This document shows, in pieces, positions 1 through 10,237 of a stretch of 64,000 nucleotides of DNA. Position 1 is the stretch's first letter. Each line of letters starts with the position of its first letter. The position numbers and the translations under genes were made by a program. The notes under the pieces are model-generated. The model was not told the origin of the DNA. It searched no databases and saw nothing but the letters and a program-made list of their open reading frames with translations. The stretch covers positions 83,390,001 to 83,454,000 of the forward strand of contig NC_043003.1 in assembly GCF_006345805.1 (NCBI RefSeq), in the 5' to 3' direction. The stretch is from Octopus sinensis. Taxonomy: Eukaryota.

Positions 1-1065
1 CCCCTATTCACACCCACACACATTTTCACATACACACACGCACGTATGCTCATCTTCGTTTTGGGATCACCAATACTTTATTATCACCCTTCTTTCTACC
101 TCTCCTGTCAAACCTTTTTTCCCAACCAGCCGCCATGCCTAATTGCTAAATCCACAAGTTTTTTTTTTATTCTCTCTCTCTATTTTCACTTACTCCTTTC
201 TCTCGAAGAGCGTAGGCTCAATACATAAAACACTTTCTCACTTTACCGAGCGTCAAACTTATATATCTGTTTGTTGTTCATACAGCCGTCTTCCTTCGTC
301 TTTTGCTTTTCTATGAATTTCAACAATATATATATATATACACACATATATACATATATATATATTATATATATATATATACATATCTGACACCAACTTA
401 CTCTTTTCATTCCTACCCACGCTCTCTCTTCATTGATACCCCTCCATCTACACACCACCAACGCACATTGCACTCCCACATACACAACCTGACCCCCACA
501 TCCCCACTTCATCGCCACATCTTCGCTCCACCCTACACTCCTCCATCACACCAAGCCACCCCACACCTCCACACCACTCTACACACTAGCACTGACCACT
601 TCTCAGCACCCACACCACACACCATCATATGCACACCCACACACAATCATCCGCGCACCCACACACCATCATGCACACACGCACACATTACAGACGCACA
701 CACTTACAAACACACACATCCGCACGTCAGAGCCACTAGCCCCTATTCACACCCACACACATTTTCACATACACACACGCACGTATGCTCATCTTCGTTT
801 TGGGATCACCAATACTTTATTATCACCCTTCTTTCTACCTCTCCTGTCAAACCTTTTTTCCCAACCAGCCGCTATGCCTAATTGCTAAATCCACAAGTTT
901 TTTTTTATTCTCTCTCTCTATTTTCACTTACTCCTTTCTCTCGAAGAGCGTAGGCTCAATACATAAAACACTTTCTCACTTTACCGAGCGTCAAACTTAT
1001 ATATCTGTTTGTTGTTCATACAGCCGTCTTCCTTCGTCTTTTGCTTTTCTATGAAATTTCAACAA
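1..1065 (+). repeat. Tandem direct duplication (1-325 vs 741-1065, period about 740 bp) of a putative PLE 3'-terminal segment; each copy ends in (TA)n
   Basis: Near-identical text ccctattcacacccacacac...caacaatatata starts at 1 and at 741. Both copies carry gaagagcgtaggctc (205-219, 943-957), a motif also seen at about 41171 and 56328. Confidence 0.85.
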
Positions 1066-1086
1066 TATATATATATATATACACAC

Positions 1087-1125
<39 letters not shown>

Positions 1126-1194
1126 TATATACATATATGCATGTATGAATGTATGTATACATGCATGCGTGTATGTATGTATATATATATATAT

Positions 1195-1400
1195 TACGGA
1201 GATGTACTTGCATAGCAAGTGACCTGATCTGAGATCGTGTGCTGGAACGAAAACAATTGCAGCATGGAAGGTGTTTATAAGCCATTTAAGAAATACAAAA
1301 CCTTCTAGATTCACTTCAACATTTAAATTTAATTTGCCAAAATATTTTCGTAGCTTTGAGACCGCGACCTGTTCACTGACAAAATTCCGTGCTGCATCTA
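1195..1400. repeat. Interspersed repeat embedded between TA-rich microsatellites (family not assigned)
   Basis: Complex sequence flanked by (TA)n. I recall it as a high-copy octopus repeat; not verified here. Confidence 0.45.
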
Positions 1401-1516
1401 TATACATATGTATATATACATATGTGTTCCCATGTATATAGAAGAAATAATAAGAAAGGGTTGCGTGTGTGTCTGTGTGCATGGATGTGTGTTGGTGTGT
1501 GTGTGTGTGTGTGTGT

Positions 1517-1565
<49 letters not shown>

Positions 1566-3466
1566 AAAACTATTGCTTTTGCGGTTACAATTTGATCTTT
1601 TGTGTTTAATAATAATGAGGTACATTTTGAAATAAATCGATTGAATATATAGATGTCTTAGAGAAATATTATTACCACCACTAAGCTTATTGTTTTTCTT
1701 CGTCATTGGAATTTTGCTTGGGATATACATTGATCCTTCACTTTTCTAGAGATAACTAGAAGAGCTGGTCGCAGTGTCTTGTCAATGTAAAAGAAATAAT
1801 TAAGCTGGCTGTTGGCCAATTATATTTCCATATAAATTGATGTCAAACAGCAGACGATCAAGTGAGCAGTAATAGGCTTTGAGAATTCAACGAGACATAT
1901 TTTAGAATGAAATCTGAGAAATTTCTCTTAATTTCCAAACACGATGAGTAGATTCTGGCTTGAAATCGCGGAATCTTAACCTGTATAACCTCACTAGCAT
2001 TTCTGTGCCATGTTTGGTCTGGTGCCAGACACATGTTTCCTTCTGTTGTTCAGGGTTATTCGCATGATCATTCATCTTTCCAGGCTGCTTAGAAAATGAG
2101 ATTCACTCTCATAAAAGAAAAAAATATATATAAAGGAATATAGGTAAAGACATAAGAAATCTGTTAGTGAAGTAGATATCTGAAGTTTATAGAAGAGGAT
2201 ATAATGGTTGAACAATAGTTTTCTTTTTTTTTTATTGTTCTGCTTTATTTCTGATTAATTATATTTTTTTGTTTATTTCTTCATTTTGCTTTTGTATTTC
2301 ATTCTATTTTGTTGTTATCCCGTGACCAAAATCCTTGCTCAGAATAAAGCTGCCAAGCATTTTGATGAATCACGTTATTTTCAATTAATCAATCTTCTTT
2401 AGTATTTGAAAAATGGTCAGTAAAATAAATTCTGAAAGCGCCTAGTGAAGAATAACAAAAAAACGATAGATTTACCAAGAAATCAAATTGAAAGAAACTA
2501 CAACAAGCTTGCAAGAGATAACAAAATACAAACTATTAAAAAAAAAAGTGCATCATTGATTTTTGTTTTTTATTATTTTTTCGTTCTTGCAATTTTAGCT
2601 TTTGTACAGAAAATTATCAAAAATAATATAAAAAAGTTGGCTTATGGAATGTTTTCTTTCGGTTAGAACTGATACCCGATAAGAGTACAGTGAATTAGCC
2701 ATCTTTGTTAAAATTCTGCAGAAAATGATTAGATACAGAGCAAAGATTAGTGATTAGTCTTGAGACGTCTCCTGTAAATGATGCAAAGTTTTCTACTTCA
2801 CTTGTACAATGACAATAATAGAATAGGTTCTGACATAGCTCTGTGGTTAAGATGTTCACTTTGTAACTACGTGAGTTTGTGTTCAATTCCGAGAAGGGGC
2901 AACTTGGGAATGTGTCTTTTACCATAACTCTAGATCTACTAAAGCTTTATTAATGTAATTTGTTAAACGGAAATTATGTGTAAGTTTATTGGAGAACCTG
3001 TTCCCGTTTGGGAGCTGTAGGGCTCAATCAGTCACACGATTTAATACCATCACCTCGTCCTTGGATAGCTTTAGCGGATTATTATCTGTTGCAAGCATTT
3101 GATCCAGGTTTTTGCTCTGAAGATGACACATTTCATTTCTTCTACCAATCTCTTATAAGGGTCGCAAGTACAGATGTCCTTTGACTAAGCTATAAACTGG
3201 AATTGTTTCTGTAACATTACTTTCAGAATCTCCAATGATTATATTACAGAGCTCCCCACCACCACCACCCCAAAAATAAGCAAGATACTAAGCCAAGAAA
3301 TCAACAGATCGTTTCCTGCCCCTGACAATGACATTTGATTTTTAACGGTCCAATAATATTTTGTTTTTGTAATTTTTAAACGTTTACTGTAGTAAGAATG
3401 ATTTATAAACAGAATTGCTAAAGTGATTGGCAACATATTTTGTAATATTGAGTTACATCAAGATAG

Positions 3467-3670
3467 CGAGCTGGCAGAATAATTAGCTCGCCATGAAAAA
3501 TGCTTCGCGGCATTTCGTCCGTCTTTACGTTTTGAGTTCAAATTCCACCGAGGTCGAATTTACCTTTCATCTTTTGTGGGTCGACAAAATATATCCCTGT
3601 TAATCACTAGGGTCGTTCTAATCGATTTATCCATTTGCCCGGAATTACTGGTCTTGTGATTAAATTTGCA
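3467..3670 (+). mobile_element. tRNA-derived SINE, family A (gagctggcagaa... head), diverged
   Basis: Aligns with the better-preserved copy at 46706-46935 (gagctggcagaa, gagttcaaattcc, gaggtcga, cctttcatc). Confidence 0.8.
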
Positions 3671-3774
3671 AGCAATAATGATTTACATTTCAGTTCAAAT
3701 ACTAGGATCTTTTGATCCATAGAGTATATTGGCTAAGATACTGGGGTAGGTGACCAGGTCTTTCCCCAGGCCAG

Positions 3775-3859
3775 AGCCGTTTAGCCAGCATACTTACCAT
3801 ATGCTGTTGCCACCCCCGGCACTGCGGTGAGGAGAACGGTTGGATTTTGAAGGGGGAAC
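3775..3859 (-). ncRNA. Candidate HDV-like self-cleaving ribozyme relic
   Basis: Minus strand, in order: P1 GUUCCC/GGGGGU, P2 CCGU/ACGG, UCCUC L3-like motif, GG-CAA, 7-bp P4 CAGCAUA/UAUGCUG, GCUAA. P3 does not pair cleanly. Confidence 0.45.
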
Positions 3860-3916
3860 CCACTGGCTTGACACCATCAAGAGTGACACGGGAATGGCCA
3901 TAGCCAATCTGAAAGA

Positions 3917-5726
3917 AGCGACCGTGTCATTAAATAAAGCAGCTGCACGACTTGTAGCTACTTTTACAGGACGATATTTTTCTACAAATTCAGAAACATA
4001 CTGCCACTTCGCCAACACTGCCTTTAGAGATAGCATTCTCCGCTAAACTGTCCTCCGGGGAAGCAATCTCTTCCTCCGCATCCAAATGCTGCTGCTCCTG
4101 AAGCTGCAGGAGTTCATCAGTCGGCAGCTTCTCTGAGTGCTCCTCATCGAGACCTTAATGTCCTCATCATCAACCTCGAGGCCCATGGACTTGCCAAGAG
4201 ACACTATGTCCTCGACTACAAGTGTCTCAGACTCAAACCCCTCAAAGTTGCTTTCGGATATGCAGTCAGACCATAATTTCCTCCATACAAAATTCAGCGT
4301 TCTCTTCGTCACACCCTTCTGTATTGATGATTTTCAGACAGTTTACAATGTTGTAGTACTCCTTCAAAAACTCACGAAGGGTTAGATTTGTATTTTCGGT
4401 AACTTCAAAGCACTGACGAAACTGGTGATTAGTGTACAATTTCTTAAAATTAGAAAACACCCGTTGGTCTATGGGCTGCCAGATAGGGGTGGTGTTGCAT
4501 GAAATGTACAGAACTTTTATAAATTGAAATTCGTCCGGGATATAATCTTCGAGGTTAGGAGGGTGAACTGGAGCATTGTTGAGGATGAGGAAGATTGTTT
4601 TCCAGAAGGTACTTTTTCACTGCTGGTCCGAAGACAAGGTTGACCCACTCGGGAAAGAATTGCCTGGTGACCCAGGCTTTAACGTTTGCTCTCCACATGA
4701 CCTGCAGTTTCTCCTTCACAATTGTGTGTGACTTGAATGCTCGTGGTTTTTCTTAATGGTAGACAAGGAGTGGCTTAATCTTCAAGTCACCACTCGCATT
4801 GACACAAAGGGCGAGAGATGGCCTATCTTTCATAGACTTGTTGCCTGGCAGTTTCTTCAACTCTGCAGTTATGTAGGTTCTTCTGGGCATTTTTTACCAA
4901 AACAGGCTACTTTCATCACAGTTGAATACCTGTTGTACGATGTTCCAGGGTTCTGCTTCAGGAGATCCCCATGCAGCACTCGTGCTTTCTCGCAGATGAT
5001 GATCTCCTTAATTGTAAGCCCTGCGAATTACTTCTCGATGGTCCACAGGAGAAGCAGCTTTTCCATCCTTTCATGGATAGCTGTGCATTGCTTAGAGAGC
5101 CTGAAAACACCCATTGCTGTTGTAATGGCCTTTGATCTCCTTTTTTTCTTCGGAGTGATGCAGATCGTCGAAGTGCTTCCGTCGTATTGGCGTGCTATGT
5201 CCACTACACTCACACCTCTCACATGTTTATCAATGATTTCCTCCTTCAATTCTATCGGAATCAGCTTTTCCTTCTTCTCAGCACTGTCCTCTGCACTAAC
5301 CATCTAAGGATCCATGGCTAACACAATTATTATAAATTAATAGTAAAAATAGTAAAAATAGTAAATTAATAGTAAAAAAAAATTAATAGAAAAAAATAGT
5401 AACAAATAGTAGAAAAATATAATAAGGTTCCATGGTTAACACTAATTATTATAAATTAATAGTAATAATACAAAAAACTAAACATAAGCATTGAGAAAAA
5501 AAAATAGAGATGCTGCCACAGCGAGTTAAACATGTGAGATGAGCGAGCGGAGACTGCGCTTGTTGGGAGAGTGTGTGCTAACTCAGAGCTGACTAGCGGT
5601 CGCTTGTATGAAACTCACTCGTACTGCAGTTTTCCGCTCGCACTTCAATGTAAAAATTCACACCAACCTCGGCTCTTACAGTAAATTATCCGTACAACGG
5701 TGCACATGTACTGCGAGGTTCAACTG
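3917..5726 (-). mobile_element. Tigger/pogo-family DNA transposon remnant with frameshifted transposase and one intact TIR
   Basis: CENP-B-like HTH N-terminus (ORF 5028-5303). DDE-region motifs LNNAPVHP and NTTPIWQPIDQRVFSNFKK. C-terminal WRKLW...EDIVSLGKSMGLEVD. TA+CAGTTGAACCTCG terminus at 5726. Confidence 0.92.
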
Positions 5727-6084
5727 TATTTATTGATCTATTTGTCAACTCAAACTATCATTCACCTCCTAAAATTCTGGTTTCTAACAGTTACCTCTTA
5801 GTGTGATTAAGTGTGGTAATACTTAATTACATATTAAGTACCATCACCATCTCTGTAACATTGGCAAGTGAAATAAACTGCTCAGCATTAATCTGATCGC
5901 GTCTATCTAGGATATTTGTACTATAGCATGATTAAAGTGCTAAGAATACATAAGTATAGCAATTACGTGGTGTTAGAATCTACCCCCCCCCCCTGCTCGG
6001 CAGTATGTGCGAGTCTCTTCTACTCTGGCTGGCCTATAACTTCTGGGTGGAATTTGGTAAATGTAAACTGTACAGAAGCCAGTC

Positions 6085-6240
6085 CTATAATATGTATGTA
6101 TATATGTATGTATCTATGTACGTATGTATGTATGTATGTATGTATGTATGTATGTATGCTGGTATGTATATATGTATGTGTCTATTTACGTGTGTGTGTC
6201 TGTGTGTTTGCATACATGTGGTTGTGTATGTTGTGACCGT
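6085..6240. repeat. (TGTA)n / (TG)n microsatellite
   Basis: Direct reading. Confidence 0.95.
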
Positions 6241-6700
6241 ATGTATAGATATGTTTGTGTTCGAGGCTTTATTTATAGCTATGCCGGTTTTAAAAATTGA
6301 TGTTGTATATATTGTGTTTTTTAACGACTCAACAAAGATCAATAACGTAAATGGAATGACTACTGGTGTTGCTAAAAATGGTCTATAACCCTGGACGTTG
6401 GTGCCCCAACGTTGACGGTCGCAGTCTGGCACTCTGACATATGCACTCCAGACAAAATATTGACAAATGAGTGAATGACAAAAGAGTGCAATGACAAAAG
6501 AGTACCGACAAAAGAGTACTCACAAAAGAATTGATTATGAAAGACAAAAGCAAAATCTATCAGATTAAATTATCATTTTTGTAAGTTAAAGTGACAGCAC
6601 AATCTTTTGTAAAACATAGTTCCAAAAACGAAAATGCGCACACATTGTTTATTGAGAGTCTTTGTGTTTTCGTACCAATTATTGTATGTTTCACATAATG

Positions 6701-6851
6701 TATGAGGAAGGGCTGAAAAGTTCCTGGCCTTAAGAGTATCATGAAAGGCCCTGTTGGAGGCGCAACCTTTTGAGCTCTTTTACAGGGCTTAGAAAAACTG
6801 AAGGGCCGCTGCGATAAGTGTATGAATCTGAGAGGGGAATACGTTGCATAA
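6701..6851 (+). mobile_element. Mariner-derived MITE-like fragment: TIR fused to the last codons of the transposase
   Basis: TA-TGAGGAAGGGCTGAAAAGTTCC terminus, then GLEKLKGRCDKCMNLRGEYVA*, a mariner C-terminal motif. Confidence 0.75.
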
Positions 6852-6929
6852 TGGTCGATGAAATATAGGTCGATGAAATATATACCAGTTGAGTATCGGA
6901 ATCGACTTAGCCCATCTCGTGAAATTTTG

Positions 6930-7900
6930 TACCAAAATTTGAAACCATTGAATGAGGGGGTAACAAAAACTCAGACAAACAGCAGCGTACTCTTGAAGTG
7001 TATTTGAACGTCATTATGGCAAGATTCCATATGTCTAGTTTGTTGAATTTTTCCCCAAATGCTCTGACTAAAATGATACATGTACCCAGCAATGGTAGCT
7101 GATTGAGCGACGACAGTGTATTTTGTTATGAAAGCCTCCAAGTTACATATAACAGATTGCTTTACTTATGGTCTTTTTATGAGCAAATACTCTCAAGTAC
7201 TCTTCTATATGCGCATCTGCTTCCTGTTGAAGAAATAGTTATGCGGTGTCTCTCCATTGATCATGAATTGTTAATTCAAAGAAATAATGGTGCAATTTTA
7301 AATGTCGCATCAATAAGCAGTTTTCATAATTTACTAAAATTTGGAGATTTTCTTCTGTAACAAAAACGGTGACTCATCATCAGTACGGCGACTCAACATC
7401 AGAACGGCGACACAACATCAGAACGGCGACTCAACATCAGAACGGTGTCTCAACAATCCAGAAATGTTAATTTCAGTCAGATTTTGAGGATTCAGTACCA
7501 GTTCATCATACGACTTCCATTTTCTTTTTCCTAATCCATGAATAAATGCAAATTCCTATTTAAGAAACTTAATTACAGTTTCTTGTAATAGAATATCCTG
7601 TTCTTGTATCAAACGTCTTGGGATTTCTCAATTAATTTATTGCTGTACTTTGCTGAATTGTTAATGATGATTGTTTATCTCCGATTCAAGTAGACTAGGT
7701 ACGTTTGCGATTTCCTCAACACTACTCACGTGTACGCGACCACTTCATATTTTTCGTAGGCTCAACCAAAACTCTATGCCATTTTTAAAACTTTATGAAA
7801 GCAACGATCAAGCCATGCACCAATTTGGGCAGTTTCTCTTCATGGTAAGTAAATTTTATTCATACAAAATGTCGAAATTTCGATTGTCTGTAATTTATTA
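6930..7900 (-). mobile_element. MULE/Mutator-like transposase pseudogene
   Basis: Minus-strand frames give KNGIEFW...SGRVH (FLYWCH-like), VFVTEENLQIL, IDATFKIAPLF (7289-7314; MULE DGTFK motif) and ICNLEAF...MYHFSQSIWGKIQQ (7040-7081; MULE FHFxQxxWRKIQ motif). Many stops and frameshifts. Confidence 0.75.
7366..7460. repeat. 19-bp minisatellite, about 5 copies (acggcgactcaacatcaga)
   Basis: Units start at 7366, 7385, 7404, 7423 and 7442. Confidence 0.9.
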
Positions 7901-8344
7901 AAATTGGCAAGGATGGTAGACTACCAGAATCAGAATTGTTAGAACGTCAGACAAAATGACTTCCACCTTTTTGAGTTCTGAATTCACATACACCAAGGTC
8001 AAATTTACCATTCATAATTAAAAGGTCGATCCTGTTTCCTAAATTTCAGGCCTTGGGCGTGTATTAGCAATTATTAAAATTAATGAGAAACTACTGATAA
8101 TCGCTCAGAATAAGAATCTACGCCGCGAAATAGCAGGAACTATAAAAATATAAATCATCGTGTGACTGGTGCTCTGATATCATTCGGTCTTTTGTTAGTA
8201 GTCTTTTTTCCCCGGTCTGCATACGTCGTATTACTCTGCAGTCCAATGACTGCAACTAGGAAAATAATAAAATCATGCAGAATGCAGTTTTATATTCACT
8301 TCTAACACAAACCCGGAATTAACATATGTGTGTGTGTACATACG

Positions 8345-8578
8345 TTCATCCACAGATACACACACATACATACATAGATACATACATACATACATACATA
8401 CATACGTACAAACATACATACATACACACATACATACATACATACATACATACATACATACATACATACATACAAACATACATATATACATACATACATA
8501 CATACAAACATAATACATACATACATACATACATACATACATACATACATACATACATACATACATGCATACACACAT
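8345..8578. repeat. (TACA)n microsatellite
   Basis: Direct reading. Confidence 0.95.
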
Positions 8579-9212
8579 ATGTAAATCTGACTCACATTTT
8601 TTTTTATTTGTTATTGGGCAACACATAAATACGTAAATATTGTAATGGCACCTATTTTGTTTCGGTTTGTTTGTTTGTCTCCCGAAGAATCCGGATGTTA
8701 CCAAGATAATATTATAGCATATATTATATGCAATTCTAAGCTATTCTGAACCTTGATGTGACGTGTGTAGAAAGAAAATCATCGATCAAGAGCATTGCCT
8801 GAAAAGGCGTTCGTGTTTTAAGTGTTTACGAAAGCGTCGTGTGCGTGTGTGTCTTTGATGAGGTTATGAGTCAGCTACAGCCAGGGAGAGATATATTTTC
8901 AGCAAATCATTTAGTGTTAGTGGACCTGACCAAGGATACTTCCAGCCAAATCATCCTGCTCACTACAACAGACTTGATTTAAAGGTGGAGAAATGGCAAA
9001 ATCAGAGGTAATTAGCAAAATACATTGCAAATTCTGATTACATCCTGTTATCTTCAGGGTTTGTTAAAGAAAAACAAACCCAAATATTTGGGTGTTAATC
9101 TAATCGATTGTTCCTCTCCAAAATGTGTAATGTCATATTAATGATGGGATCTAATATTTAGTTATGTCCACTCTTTTCTAGGGTGACATCTTTCTTTTAA
9201 TCCATTTGGGGT

Positions 9213-9352
9213 CAATAGAAGTGGATTCTATAAATGAAGCTGATAAAATGAGATCTTGTAAATGGGATCGATAAAATGAGATCCCATATATGGGATCCAC
9301 ATAAGTAGATCTGCTAAGCGGATCAATAGAATGAAATCCTATAAGTGGGTTT
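9213..9352. repeat. Degenerate 27-28 bp minisatellite, about 5 copies
   Basis: gataaaatgagatcttgtaaatgggatc (9242) and gataaaatgagatcccatatatgggatc (9270), plus diverged flanking units. Confidence 0.7.
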
Positions 9353-9722
9353 GTATTTAAGTTATGATTCGATATAACAGCTGTATCGTCGAGTTGCGGT
9401 GACAGATACAGGTTGTGACATCTGTGGCAGACCAGTATCCTATCATGTGTTGATTATTTTGGTTCTAGTGAATCTGGAAATAAGCACCAGTTTTGTGTAT
9501 TCTTATGGCTCATTGGTTGTTTTATTGCTCGAGACAAAAACTTGCGTTAATTAATTTGCTCAAATTTTTCCCCAAGAGTCAGCCTTATAAATTCTCTTCC
9601 TTGACGCTCTTCTTTTTTTTTAAATATGTCCAGTTCGTCGCTGATGCACCTGCTGTTTCAGTTGTCGTTGCCGTTGCTGCTTTGTTTGTTTGTTTGTTTG
9701 TTTGTTGAGCGAAGCGGTCTTC

Positions 9723-10060
9723 TGTAGTGGAAGAAGTCCGAAACATGATCTTTTGCTATTCGTAGGACCCGCAGAAGAGAAAACAGGTCAACCCCCGACA
9801 CCGAGAGCATCGACGGATGGATGAAGGCGCATCCAGGCTCAGCGGTTGCGTAGGAAGTTGGGGACAAGAAACAGGAAGAAAGAGTGAGAGAAAGTTGGAG
9901 CGAAAGAGTACAACAGGGGTCGCCACCACCCCCTGCCGGAGCCTCGTGGAGCTTTAGGTGTTTTCACTCAATAAACACACACAACGCCCGGTCTGGGAAT
10001 CGAAACCGTGATCCTCCGACCGAGACTCCGCTGCCCTAACCACTGGACCATTGCACCTCC
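9723..10060 (-). mobile_element. tRNA-derived SINE, family C
   Basis: Head ggaggtgcaatggtccagtggttagggcagcgg...ggtttcgattccc has A/B-box-like motifs. Body is shared with the copies at 43754 and 60507. Confidence 0.85.
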
Positions 10061-10237
10061 TGCCGTTGCTGCTGCTGCGGTTGTTGTTACTCTTGTTGTT
10101 ACTGCTGCTGATGCTGTCTGTGCTTCATTTTTCGACTGCATCTACTAATGGTGGGAAAACATTGTCAAAGGATGTTCAGGCAACCATCACTTGCCTCGAT
10201 TTGGAACCATATTGATATTTGTTGTTTAAAAATTATT

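Noticed and set aside
7366-7460. CRISPR-like array
   Set aside because: Head-to-tail tandem units with no unique spacers, in eukaryotic DNA.
7760-7844. Apparent 85-nt exon with strong acceptor and ATG|GTAAGT donor
   Set aside because: It lies antisense within the FLYWCH-like N-terminus of the MULE remnant, so the signals are probably fortuitous.
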